Positions 18,979 through 28,228 of a stretch of DNA of 64,000 nt are shown piece by piece. The translations under genes and the position numbers were made by a program. Position 1 is the stretch's first letter. Every line of letters starts with the position of its first letter. The notes under the pieces are model-generated. The model saw only the letters and a program-made list of their open reading frames with translations. It made no database searches and was not told the origin of the DNA. The stretch is taken from the NCBI GenBank assembly GCA_965228735.1, contig OZ245838.1, positions 2,272,001-2,336,000 on the forward strand. Direction: 5' to 3'. The DNA comes from Planctomycetota bacterium. GTDB lineage: Bacteria > Planctomycetota > UBA1135 > UBA2386.

Positions 18979-19370
18979 ACCAACTCATCTTCGTGGCCGG
19001 CCTGCTGCACTTCGGCGTGCTCATCGCCTCGGCGCTCGTGCCGCAGGTCCTCGACTGGCGCGCCGATCTCCAGAAGGTCCAGCCGTTGACGCGCCGCCTC
19101 GTCTGGGTCTACGGCAGCTACATCGTCTACGTCATCATCGCGTTCGGCACGATCGCCGTGCTGCACGCCGACGAACTGACGGCGGGTTCGCCCCTCGGCC
19201 GCACGCTCAGCGCGGTGATCGCGCTGTTCTGGGGCGCGCGCACCCTGCTGCAGTACGGCGTCATCGCGCCGGGCGAGCTGCTCGATCGCTGGTACCTGCG
19301 GCTCGGCTACCACGGGCTGACGGCGACCTTCCTGTTCTTCACGACCGTGTTCACCTGTGCTGCGCTCTGA
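18972..19370 (+). CDS. Four-TM membrane protein (132 aa)
   Basis: Overlaps the MBOAT stop; PQVLDWRADL, FWGARTLLQ; paralog of the next gene. Confidence 0.8.
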   Translation: MLNQLIFVAGLLHFGVLIASALVPQVLDWRADLQKVQPLTRRLVWVYGSYIVYVIIAFGTIAVLHADELTAGSPLGRTLSAVIALFWGARTLLQYGVIAPGELLDRWYLRLGYHGLTATFLFFTTVFTCAAL

Positions 19371-19395
19371 TCCGAGCAACTCCACCGAGGGAACC

Positions 19396-19794
19396 ATGAT
19401 CTACCTGCTCCACGCCGGCGCCGCGATCCAGGTGTTCGTCGCGCTCCTCAACCTCGGCCTGCCGCGACTGCTCGGCTGGCGCCCGGCCCTCGCCGGTCTC
19501 CCACTGCTCGTGCGCGAGGTGTTCTACGTGCACGCGTTCTTCGTCTCGCTGACGCTGTTCGGTTTCGCCGCGCTCACGTTCGCGTTCGCGCCGGACATGG
19601 CGGTCGGAGACCGCCAGGCGAACGGCATCGCCGCGTTCATCGGCGTGTTCTGGGCGATCCGGGTCGTCGTACAGCTGCTGTTCTACAGTCGCGAGCACCA
19701 CCGGGGGAAAGCGCGCGAGACGGTGATCCACTGGGTGTTGCTCGCCGTGTACGGCGGAATGGCCGCGGTCTACGTGACCGCGGCCTGGAGTTGA
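19396..19794 (+). CDS. Four-TM membrane protein (132 aa), paralog of the previous gene
   Basis: GAGG RBS; PRLLGWRPAL, FWAIRVVVQ. Confidence 0.8.
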   Translation: MIYLLHAGAAIQVFVALLNLGLPRLLGWRPALAGLPLLVREVFYVHAFFVSLTLFGFAALTFAFAPDMAVGDRQANGIAAFIGVFWAIRVVVQLLFYSREHHRGKARETVIHWVLLAVYGGMAAVYVTAAWS

Positions 19795-19820
19795 CGGGAT
19801 GTCGAAGTGCAGTGCCCGGA

Positions 19821-20051
19821 TCAGAGGTTCAGCTCCTGCAGATTGATCGTCAGGCTCGTCCGGCCCGAGCGCCACCGCGTGCTGTTGACCTCGTCCCAAT
19901 CGGGATGACCGGCGGCCCAGAGGATGCCCATGGCCGTCAGGTCCTGAATGGCGAGGGGATCGGACGCGTTGGCCGCGTTGGTCGCGGTCCAGAACGAGCT
20001 GCCCGAGGCGGCGGCGGTGAAGGAGCGGGACAGGGTCTGGAGCGGGTTCAT
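19821..20051 (-). CDS. Putative small protein (76 aa)
   Basis: AAGGA RBS 8 nt upstream of ATG 20051; no family recognised. Confidence 0.4.
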   Translation of the reverse strand: MNPLQTLSRSFTAAASGSSFWTATNAANASDPLAIQDLTAMGILWAAGHPDWDEVNSTRWRSGRTSLTINLQELNL

Positions 20052-20247
20052 CGTGGGTTTCCTTGTGGTCTTGAGTGTCAGAGGTGCACGCCGAGCGACC
20101 TGCCCGGCGACGGCGAGCCCATGTCGACGCCCTGGACCGAGCTCCCTCGGAAGTCCTCGGGCGCGGCGTGCTCGCGACGACGATCGCCGTGGGGGCAACC
20201 GATGGCGACGCGTTGCACCGCTTCGGCAGCTGACCGAGTAGCTGCGG

Positions 20248-20895
20248 TCAGATGACGAACTCGACCGGCAGCCCGGGAACATCGACGACCGCGCCGGCGC
20301 CTTCACCGTCGTCGGCGGCGGCGCCGCGCAACACGACGCGCATCCGATGCCGCTTCGCTGCCAGGAGCCGAACACAACCGAGATCGGCCTGGTCCGGCAA
20401 CGCCGGCGGTTCGACACAGTCGACCTCGACCGCGGCGATCTCGTAGCGGCGTCCGCGATGCGTGAGCGGCTCGCGCCGCGCGACGTCCGGCCGCTGCCCC
20501 TCGATGTGGAACAGGCTCGGGTCGGTGGTCACGCCCGGCCGGTTCCACATCGGCAGCGTGAGACCAGCGGGAAAGAACGGCGCCTCGTAGTCCCAGACCG
20601 CGGGCCAGCTCAGCGGCGTCCGGAACGCGACCCCGAACGGGCACGCGCCGGTCTCCTCCCACGCCATGCGCTCGCGCAGGCCGGTCGGCCGCACCGCCGG
20701 CGCCGCGAGCTCGTCGTCGTCGACGGCCCAGAGCACTTCGAAGTAGGCGTTGGCGAAGAAGAAGCGGGCGTTCGCCGTGCCCTGGCCGGGATGCACGTTG
20801 CCCGAACCTTCGCAGAACCCGGCGGCGACGAGCGCGTCCACGTGCGCTCGCGGCGCCGGGACGCAGACGAAGACGTGGTCGAGCTCGGGCGCCAT
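20248..20895 (-). CDS. VOC/glyoxalase-like (Glyoxalase_3) protein
   Basis: ELDHVFVCV, HPGQGTANARFFFANAYFEVLW, PFGVAFR. Confidence 0.85.
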   Translation of the reverse strand: MAPELDHVFVCVPAPRAHVDALVAAGFCEGSGNVHPGQGTANARFFFANAYFEVLWAVDDDELAAPAVRPTGLRERMAWEETGACPFGVAFRTPLSWPAVWDYEAPFFPAGLTLPMWNRPGVTTDPSLFHIEGQRPDVARREPLTHRGRRYEIAAVEVDCVEPPALPDQADLGCVRLLAAKRHRMRVVLRGAAADDGEGAGAVVDVPGLPVEFVI

Positions 20896-20918
20896 CGACC
20901 GCGAATCGTATCGCGCCG

Positions 20919-22262
20919 TCAGCGCAGCGTCTGCGCGCGCAGCGCGACGATCGTGCCGGCCTTCGTGATCTCGACCAGCAGCTGGCTCGTCTGCGGCAGG
21001 TTCTCACCGTCGAAGTTCTGCAGCCCGCACGTGATGTCCGCCCCGACGGTGCCGCTCGTCGTGGCCGACACCGTCTTCTTGCCGGGCTCCAGCAGGAACT
21101 GCCCCTTCTGCTCCGCGCGGCAGCGCGCCAGCAGCACCGCCACCCCCGTCGCGAGCGCCGGGTGCGCCGCCGAGGTTGCCGGGCGAAACCAGCGCTCGTC
21201 GCGCAGCCACGCCTCGACGTGGCCGTGATCCGACCACTCGAACTCCGAGACCTGATCGCCGTGGATCCGCAGCACGCGGCGCCCCTCGGGCGTGGGCAGC
21301 AGCGCGAACCGGCTCTTCGGTGCCGGCCGCGCGAAGCCCGGCACGACCCACGTCCACTCGACCTGCTCCCCGAGGTTGGCCTCGCACCAGTCGCGAATCG
21401 CTTCCGCCGCGACGCCGGCCCTGGCGTCGATCCGCGCATTCCCGGGCCGGAACTCCTGCAGCTCGATCGTGCGGACGACGGCGCCGTTCTCGAACACGAC
21501 CTCTTTCACCCGGCCCGCGACCGGACTCCACCAGGTCTCGAACGCCTCGTCCTCTGCCGTGTGCTCGTAGCGGATGCGCGCGCACCGGAACGTGCCTGCC
21601 GGTACCACGACCTCCACCTCGGGAGCCTCGAGCGAGGCCTCGAGCTTGCGATCCCGTTGCTCGTGGAAGCCGAGCCCGACCGGGCCCTCGCCCACGCTGG
21701 CGCTGGCCTCGTAGCTCTGCGTGGTCGACCAACCGGTGCGAATCCCGAGGCGCAGGGGCAGGACGAGGAACGTCGCGTCGGGGTCGAACACCGGGTGCTC
21801 CGCCCCGGCGCTCGGCGCATACTCCACGAGGCCGTCCGGGTTGGTGCCGAGATGGCGGAACGTGGTGCGATGCTTGTCGAGCCCCATGAGTTCCAGGACC
21901 GGCGGGCCCTGCTCGGGGTGAACCCAACCGTTCGCGCACCAGCCTTCGGTCCACGTGGACGAGCCATCGCCCGTGCGCACCCGATACACCCACTCGCTGC
22001 CCGGCAAGAGCCCCCAGTGCGCAACGTTCTTCGGGTCCTGAGCATCGACCGGATCCTGCGGCGACGACGCCGCTCCTCCGAGGCCGCCTTGCTGGACCAC
22101 GGCAACGAGCGCGACGACCAGGATCGCCGCTGCCGCGACGAGCATGGGTCGGCGGCCGCCGGGCGCCGGCACGACCTCGTCGGCCGACTCGGAGAAGACG
22201 TCTTCGAGGGCGACTTCGAGCACGGCCTCGTCCCACGGGTTGGTTGTCTGATCAATCGTCAT
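20919..22262 (-). CDS. Putative membrane-anchored anti-sigma factor with large extracytoplasmic domain
   Basis: Overlaps the ECF stop; short cytoplasmic N-terminus, one TM, then VVVPAGTFRC...ETWWSPVAGRVK (DUF3108-like). Confidence 0.65.
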   Translation of the reverse strand: MTIDQTTNPWDEAVLEVALEDVFSESADEVVPAPGGRRPMLVAAAAILVVALVAVVQQGGLGGAASSPQDPVDAQDPKNVAHWGLLPGSEWVYRVRTGDGSSTWTEGWCANGWVHPEQGPPVLELMGLDKHRTTFRHLGTNPDGLVEYAPSAGAEHPVFDPDATFLVLPLRLGIRTGWSTTQSYEASASVGEGPVGLGFHEQRDRKLEASLEAPEVEVVVPAGTFRCARIRYEHTAEDEAFETWWSPVAGRVKEVVFENGAVVRTIELQEFRPGNARIDARAGVAAEAIRDWCEANLGEQVEWTWVVPGFARPAPKSRFALLPTPEGRRVLRIHGDQVSEFEWSDHGHVEAWLRDERWFRPATSAAHPALATGVAVLLARCRAEQKGQFLLEPGKKTVSATTSGTVGADITCGLQNFDGENLPQTSQLLVEITKAGTIVALRAQTLR

Positions 22263-22803
22263 CGCGTTCGTCCTTGATGGCCCGGTTCATGCGCTCGAGC
22301 ACGCTCTGCCGCGCGCGCCGCAGCAGCGCCTTCGCGCCCTGATCGCGGATCCCGAAGTGCTCCGCGACGGCCGCGCGGCTGCCGCCGTCCGCGTACCGCA
22401 GGCGAAGGGCGATCGCCTGGCGCCGCGGCATCTCGGCCAGCACGCGGCGCAGCACGGCGAGGTATTCGGGCCACGGTTCGGCGACCGCGAGCGGGTCCCG
22501 CTCACCGAGCGAGTCCAGCGCGTCGGGCGACAACACCGTGCGCGGCTGCGCGCGGCGGTCGGCCCGAAACAGGTTCAACGCCACGGAGCGCAACCAGCCG
22601 CGGATCGCTCCGGGGTCACGGATCGTCGCTCCGCGACGCAGCAGTCGGACATACGTCTCCTGCGTCAGATCCTCCGCGAGGTCGGCGCTGGCGCCGAGCA
22701 CGCGAAGGTACCGCACCACGCCATCGCGGTAGGCCAGCGCCGCGGCGTGTAAGCCCGCCCAATCGGCCGGCGCGGTGTCGGTGGATGTCTGCGAGGAGTC
22801 CAA
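22252..22803 (-). CDS. ECF sigma-70 factor (canonical AED type)
   Basis: LAEDLTQETY, GWLRSVALNL, region 4 HTH; start uncertain (TTG 22803). Confidence 0.85.
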   Translation of the reverse strand: MDSSQTSTDTAPADWAGLHAAALAYRDGVVRYLRVLGASADLAEDLTQETYVRLLRRGATIRDPGAIRGWLRSVALNLFRADRRAQPRTVLSPDALDSLGERDPLAVAEPWPEYLAVLRRVLAEMPRRQAIALRLRYADGGSRAAVAEHFGIRDQGAKALLRRARQSVLERMNRAIKDERDDD

Positions 22804-22897
22804 CGACGAAAGGAGACCCGGAAGCCCGAACCGGGGCCGCGGAAAACCGGGAAGCTCCGACGCCCTGCGCCCGGGCCGTCCGCGTATTCTGACCGCC

Positions 22898-23092
22898 GTG
22901 CGCGCAGCTGTGTGGGTTCGCGAAACCAACGACGGCGGCTGCGTCGATCGCTGGCTCGGCCCTGACGACCACGTCGAAGTCGCGCTGCACACACGCATCG
23001 ACGGACCACACGCCTGGCCGCGCGGCCAGACGTTCGACGCGGCGGACGTGCTCTGGGACTTCTTCGCGTCCCACCCGCGCGTCGCGCGTTGA
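22898..23092 (+). pseudogene. Probable C-terminal remnant of a PHB-depolymerase/LpqC-type esterase
   Basis: EVALHTRIDGPHAWPRGQTFDAADVLWDFFASHPR resembles the H.WP...A...IW.FF..HP end of this family; no upstream GxSxG region. Confidence 0.5.
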
Positions 23093-23124
23093 GGCCCCAC
23101 GAACGTGATGCTTATGGTGCCGCC

Positions 23125-23778
23125 ATGGAGCCGCTGATCCTCAGCCCACAGACGATCGAAGAGTTCACACTGAGCGATGCCAGGCTGGTCGGGATTCGCT
23201 GGCAGACAACCGAGCCGCACGTGATGTTCGATCTCGTGCTCGGCGACGGCCAGTCCGCGACGCTCCGCTGCGCCTGGGCGGCGCCGTTCGAAGTCGATCT
23301 CACATGGCCCGAACGCCACGGTGGTGCCGCGCTCTCATGGCAATGCCACTGCGAACGACGCGGCGGGCGCTGGAACCTCGTGCTCGACCTCGGCAACCGC
23401 GGGTGCATCCAGGTGGAGTGCCAGGAAGCCCGCCTCGACCTTGCTGCATCACCAGGAGCCACGTCGCTACAAGAACCGGCCATCGACTCGTTCGCGGACT
23501 GCGAGATGATGTTCTACACCGACCGCATCCACGTGCCCTGCAGGCCGGACGCGTTCGACCGGGCGCTGCGACCGATTCGGGAGTCCGTTGGCGATCTGCC
23601 AGAGGGCGACTGGGGCGCGATCGAACTCATCGAATACCGGCGGATCCCGCAAGCGCCCGAGGCCCCACCGTCCGCGAAAGACCGGGTGGCCAGCACCCTG
23701 GTCTTCACAACCATCGTGGGCATCGGAGTGCTGGCCGTCATCGGCGGCTTCGCCGTCTGGGACTGGCTCAGGGGCTGA
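23125..23778 (+). CDS. Hypothetical protein with C-terminal TM helix
   Basis: 217-aa ORF, protein-like composition; TM TLVFTTIVGIGVLAVIGGFAVW. Confidence 0.65.
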   Translation: MEPLILSPQTIEEFTLSDARLVGIRWQTTEPHVMFDLVLGDGQSATLRCAWAAPFEVDLTWPERHGGAALSWQCHCERRGGRWNLVLDLGNRGCIQVECQEARLDLAASPGATSLQEPAIDSFADCEMMFYTDRIHVPCRPDAFDRALRPIRESVGDLPEGDWGAIELIEYRRIPQAPEAPPSAKDRVASTLVFTTIVGIGVLAVIGGFAVWDWLRG

Positions 23779-23790
23779 GCCCGATGACCG

Positions 23791-26379
23791 TCACGGCAAG
23801 ATGCGTTCATGCAACGCCGGGGTGAAACCAGGCGTCGCGCCCAGGGTCAGGCCCTGGACGTAGAGGTCGAGACCGACGAGGCCCGGCAGCGTCGGGATCG
23901 CCAACGTGGACTCGGCGGTACCGCTCGGCGCCGGCAGGTTCACGAGCGGCAGCGTCGCGGTCGTCGTGATGTCGAGCTGCCAGGTGCCGCGGATACCGGC
24001 GACGGCCAGCGGGCTCGCGCGCGGTCCGAACGCCACGATCGGGATGCAGAGCGTGGGTGAAGCCGCAAACCCGGGCTCGTGCGCGAATCGCACCTGCAGC
24101 TGCCCTCCCGGCGTCGGGCGGGCGAGCGTCGTCGCCGAGCGCAGGTGGTTCATCGGATCCGACGCCAGCATGCCGAAGGCGCCGAGGACGTCGGGATCAC
24201 CGTCACCGTCGATGTCCGCCGCGCCGGCGCCGAACAATTCGACCGACCCGAGCCGGGCGGCGGTCTCGTCGACGAAGGAGCCGTTGCCCGTGTTCATCCA
24301 CAGCTGCGCCCGGCCGCCGAGTTGCAGCAGATCCGTGTCGCCGTCGTCGTCCCAGTCGGCGAACCACGGCTTCATCAGCGAGGAGGTCCCCTGCGCAGTG
24401 TGGATGACCTGCGACTGCACGAACATGCCGCCCTGATTGAGCAGCACCCGGCCTGAGCCGTGCGTCCACGCGAACACGTCGGCGTCGCCGTCGTCATCGA
24501 CGTCGACGAGCTTCATCTTGTCGAGATGACCCCACAGGAACGGCGCCGGAATCTCGCAGGCGTTGCCGAGCGAGAAGCTGCCGTTGCCGTCGTTCTCCAT
24601 GAGCGCGACGCAGTAGCCGGCCGCGCTGCCCGGCGCGAACAGCAGGTCCGGATCCTGGTCGCCGTCCCAGTCCCAGAGCTGCGGGGTGCCCACGATCTCG
24701 GTCCACACCATCGCGGGCGGCGCGAAGACGCCGCTGCCGAGGTTGCGCAGCACGCGGACCGCCGGTCCCGAGTAGGTCACGGCCACGAGATCGTCGAGAC
24801 CGTCGCCGTCGAGGTCGGCCGCAGCGGCCAGGTAACCACGCGCCAGCGATTGCGGCGGCAACGCGGTGAACACGAAGCCCGGGTCCAGGCGGAAGACCTG
24901 CAGGCCGCCGGGGTCGTTCTCGTTCATCACGACGACATCGCGGTCGCCGTCCCCATCGACGTCGGCAGCACGCACGGACGAGCGCAGGAACGGCACCGGC
25001 AGAACGACAGTCGACCACGCGCCGGCGCCGCGATTCCGGCGCGCGTGCACCTGGTAGAACGCCTCCTGCAGCAGGTCGATGCGCCCATCGAGATCGAGGT
25101 CCGCGGCATCTTCCGTCCCGCCGCCGCGGTTCGGCACGAACGGACGGCGCTGGAGCATCGGGTCGAACAGCATGCGGTCGAGCCGACCGAACGCGACCGC
25201 GAGGCCCGAGTCGTCGAAGTCGAAGAGCACGTCGGCGCGGCCGTCCTCGTCGACGTCACCGACATCGAAGCTGCGGACCCCTGCGATCACCTCGGTCGTG
25301 AAGGTCGGTCCGTGGTTGCGCAGGATGCGAAGCTCACCGTCGACCACGTGCACGACGTCGAGGAACTGGTTGCCGTCGACATCGGCGAGCCGCAGGCGAG
25401 CGCCCGCTCGCACAGCGCCCGTGCCGATCGGCACACCCTGGAACCCGAGCGCGGTGTTCCACAACAGATCGACCGCACCGTCCGAGCGTTGCTGGACGAG
25501 ATCACCGTCGCCGTCACCATCGAGGTCGGCCGCGACGACCTGCTGGGCCGGACCGCCGACAACGACACCCGCGGAGAACGTGCCGGCCTGATTCGTCAGC
25601 ACCAGGACGCTGCCGCCGGCGTCGACGGCCACGAGGTCCGGATCGCCATCGCCGTCGATGTCGGCGAGTTCCGGCGCCAACAGCGGCGTGGCCGGCAACG
25701 CGGCCGGCTGGGCCTGGAAGCCGAACGCGCCATCGTGCAGGAACAGCGTCGGGGCCTGAGCCTGGCCCGCGCCATCCGCGCGCGTCACGATCAGATCGCG
25801 GTCGGCGTCACCATCGACGTCTCCGGTTGCGACTGCCGCCAACGCACTGCCTGCCAGCGTCGCCGCGCCGGCGAACTGCGGCATGCCGCCGGTGTTCTGG
25901 AACAACTCGAAGCGCGCGTCCGACCCGGTCGAGCCCGCCAGGATGACCAGCACGTCCAGGTCGACGTCGCCGTCGAGATCCGCGAGCGCGATCTCGAGTC
26001 GGGGCGGCAAGCCCGGGGCGCCCTGGTAGGTCGCCAGCGTCACCTGCTGCCAGGACCCGGCCACGCGGCGGAAGAGCACCACCGTCGCGCTGCCGAACAA
26101 GGGAGTCGCGTGCGCCGCGACACAGTCGAGGTCGCCGTCTCCGTCGACGTCACCGCACGCATACGCCTCGAACGTGCCGGCGAGGTGGACCGCAGGGTAG
26201 CGATGCCCATCAGCCTGGAGTTGCCGGGTCTGCGCCGGCGCGAGCGCGGAGAGCGCGAGAACGGATACGAACAGCAGGCTGCGCAAAGCGATACCTCGCG
26301 AGGGTCCGGGTCTGGTTGCGCGCCGTCGCCAGGCTGTCGGCTCGCCGACATCGGCGACGGCACCACAACGTGGAGTCAT
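23791..26379 (-). CDS. FG-GAP/VCBS repeat secreted protein with shared C-terminal domain
   Basis: More than ten GDxDGDGDxD repeats; signal peptide; tail PTPGG...IPTLPGLVGLDLYVQG. True start may be somewhat downstream. Confidence 0.9.
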   Translation of the reverse strand: MTPRCGAVADVGEPTAWRRRATRPGPSRGIALRSLLFVSVLALSALAPAQTRQLQADGHRYPAVHLAGTFEAYACGDVDGDGDLDCVAAHATPLFGSATVVLFRRVAGSWQQVTLATYQGAPGLPPRLEIALADLDGDVDLDVLVILAGSTGSDARFELFQNTGGMPQFAGAATLAGSALAAVATGDVDGDADRDLIVTRADGAGQAQAPTLFLHDGAFGFQAQPAALPATPLLAPELADIDGDGDPDLVAVDAGGSVLVLTNQAGTFSAGVVVGGPAQQVVAADLDGDGDGDLVQQRSDGAVDLLWNTALGFQGVPIGTGAVRAGARLRLADVDGNQFLDVVHVVDGELRILRNHGPTFTTEVIAGVRSFDVGDVDEDGRADVLFDFDDSGLAVAFGRLDRMLFDPMLQRRPFVPNRGGGTEDAADLDLDGRIDLLQEAFYQVHARRNRGAGAWSTVVLPVPFLRSSVRAADVDGDGDRDVVVMNENDPGGLQVFRLDPGFVFTALPPQSLARGYLAAAADLDGDGLDDLVAVTYSGPAVRVLRNLGSGVFAPPAMVWTEIVGTPQLWDWDGDQDPDLLFAPGSAAGYCVALMENDGNGSFSLGNACEIPAPFLWGHLDKMKLVDVDDDGDADVFAWTHGSGRVLLNQGGMFVQSQVIHTAQGTSSLMKPWFADWDDDGDTDLLQLGGRAQLWMNTGNGSFVDETAARLGSVELFGAGAADIDGDGDPDVLGAFGMLASDPMNHLRSATTLARPTPGGQLQVRFAHEPGFAASPTLCIPIVAFGPRASPLAVAGIRGTWQLDITTTATLPLVNLPAPSGTAESTLAIPTLPGLVGLDLYVQGLTLGATPGFTPALHERILP

Positions 26380-26534
26380 GCCCTGATTCCGCCGGATCGG
26401 GGCGACCGCTACATCGAAATCCGTCCTTTTTCGAGGGTCGCGCCGAATCGAACGAGCCCCGGGCCGCGGCGCGTAGACGCCCTACCGCGGCGTGCTACCG
26501 TATTCAGGACACCTACTCGCTCGTCTGCCCCGCC

Positions 26535-27320
26535 ATGAAGATCGAAAACACGACGTTCGATTCCCTGCCCGCGTTGGTCCTGCGTGGAGAGTTCGAGACC
26601 GACTCCGCGGCCCCGTTCCTGGCCGCTGTCGACGAGGCCTGCAAGGCCGAGAAGCCCTATGTCCTCGTCGTGATGCGCTACGTCAAGTACATCAACTCGA
26701 CGGCGCTCGGCGCGATCGTTCGCGCCAGGTCGGCGTGCAAGGAACGCGGCGGCGACCTCGTGGTGCTGCAGCCCTCGAAGCTGTGCCGTGAGGTGATCAC
26801 CAAGATGGGCCTCACCAACGTGCTGCCGCTGTTCGACGCGCCCGAGCGCGCGATCGACTTCTTCGACGGCCGGGTCACGGACGAGCCCGGCGCAGAGCCG
26901 GAGGAGGCCGCCGCGAACGAACCGGCGCCGGGCCCCTCGCGCAACACGGTGATGTTCTCGTTCAGTGACGGGCGCGCCGACCTGATCCCGGGCCGCCGTC
27001 GCCGACACTGTGTCGCCACGCTCGCGAACATCGATCCGCAGGAGATCGTCCTGCGCTGGGACCCGTCCTCGGTCGGCGTCGCGCAGGAAAAGACCGCCGA
27101 GATGTTCGTGACGGGCTCGACCATTCATCTCAAGACGCAGCTGAAGCTCGCCCGCCGCGAGTTCTTCGAGGCCGACGCCACGGTCGCGGGCGTCTCGATC
27201 GACGGCGACGACGTGGTCGTCACGTGCAAGTGGACCAACCTCGGGGATGCCGACCGTCGGGACCTGGAGCAGCACGGCTCCGAGATGGCGTTCTTGAAAG
27301 ATCAGTCCGATCGCACGTAG
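26535..27320 (+). CDS. STAS-domain anti-anti-sigma factor with C-terminal PilZ-like domain
   Basis: LRGEFETDSA, YINSTALG (phospho-Ser position); C-terminal beta-barrel pattern ending WTNLGDADRRDLEQH. Confidence 0.8.
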   Translation: MKIENTTFDSLPALVLRGEFETDSAAPFLAAVDEACKAEKPYVLVVMRYVKYINSTALGAIVRARSACKERGGDLVVLQPSKLCREVITKMGLTNVLPLFDAPERAIDFFDGRVTDEPGAEPEEAAANEPAPGPSRNTVMFSFSDGRADLIPGRRRRHCVATLANIDPQEIVLRWDPSSVGVAQEKTAEMFVTGSTIHLKTQLKLARREFFEADATVAGVSIDGDDVVVTCKWTNLGDADRRDLEQHGSEMAFLKDQSDRT

Positions 27321-27325
27321 CACCG

Positions 27326-28228
27326 ATGCCGCGCATCCTGTGCGTCGAAGACAGTGAGGTCGATCGCGTGCTGATCCGCGGGCTGCTCGAGGATCAGCAA
27401 GAGATCGACGACATCGACCTCGACATCGTGCCGGACGCCGAGGCGGCGCTGGAACGGATCGCGGCGGCACCGCCCGATCTCGTCGTCACCGACCTGGTCC
27501 TGCCCGGCATCGACGGCATCGAGCTGTTGCGGCGGATCAAGGCGAGCTGGCCGCTCGTGCCCGTCGTCGTGGTCACCTCCCGCGGCACCGAGGAGATCGC
27601 GGTGAAGGCCCTGCAGGAGGGCGCGTCGAGCTACGTTTCGAAGAGCAAGCTCGCGAGCCTGCTCGTCGAGGCGGTCGACGGAGTGCTCAGCGCGGCCGGC
27701 CGACGCCGCGGTCGCGCGCGCCTCATGCAGGTGATGGTCGATGCGCACGCGTCGTTCGAACTGCAAAACGACCGCAAGCTGTTTCGCCCGCTGCTCAGCT
27801 ACCTGCAGGACACGATGACGGACTTCGGTCTGTTCGACGAGGACGACGCGATGCGCGCCTGTCTCGCGATCGAGGAGGCGCTCAACAACGCCGCCGAGCA
27901 CGGCAACCTGGAGCTCGATTCCGAGCTGCGCGAACGCGACTTCCGCGGCTACCTGACCTTGCTCGAGCAGCGCGTCGACGACCCACGCTACCGCGATCGA
28001 CGCGTGCGGTTCGAGGCGCGCTTCTCGCGATCCGAGTCCGTCTTCCAGGTGACCGACGAGGGCCAGGGATTCGACCACGCGCAGATGCCCGATCCTGAGG
28101 AGAACGCGGCGGATGCCGCCGTCAGCGGCCGCGGCCTGACGCTGATGCACACGTTCATGGACGAAGTCTCGTTCAACGACAAGGGCAACCAGGTCCGGCT
28201 GACCAAACGTTCGCCCGCCGCGCAATGA
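27326..28228 (+). CDS. Response regulator fused to an RsbW/SpoIIAB-like anti-sigma kinase domain
   Basis: [59 protein letters not shown]. Confidence 0.9.
   Translation: MPRILCVEDSEVDRVLIRGLLEDQQEIDDIDLDIVPDAEAALERIAAAPPDLVVTDLVLPGIDGIELLRRIKASWPLVPVVVVTSRGTEEIAVKALQEGASSYVSKSKLASLLVEAVDGVLSAAGRRRGRARLMQVMVDAHASFELQNDRKLFRPLLSYLQDTMTDFGLFDEDDAMRACLAIEEALNNAAEHGNLELDSELRERDFRGYLTLLEQRVDDPRYRDRRVRFEARFSRSESVFQVTDEGQGFDHAQMPDPEENAADAAVSGRGLTLMHTFMDEVSFNDKGNQVRLTKRSPAAQ

Noticed and set aside
24460..26538. 692-aa plus-strand ORF
   Set aside because: Antisense to the FG-GAP gene; its repeats only mirror the sense repeats.
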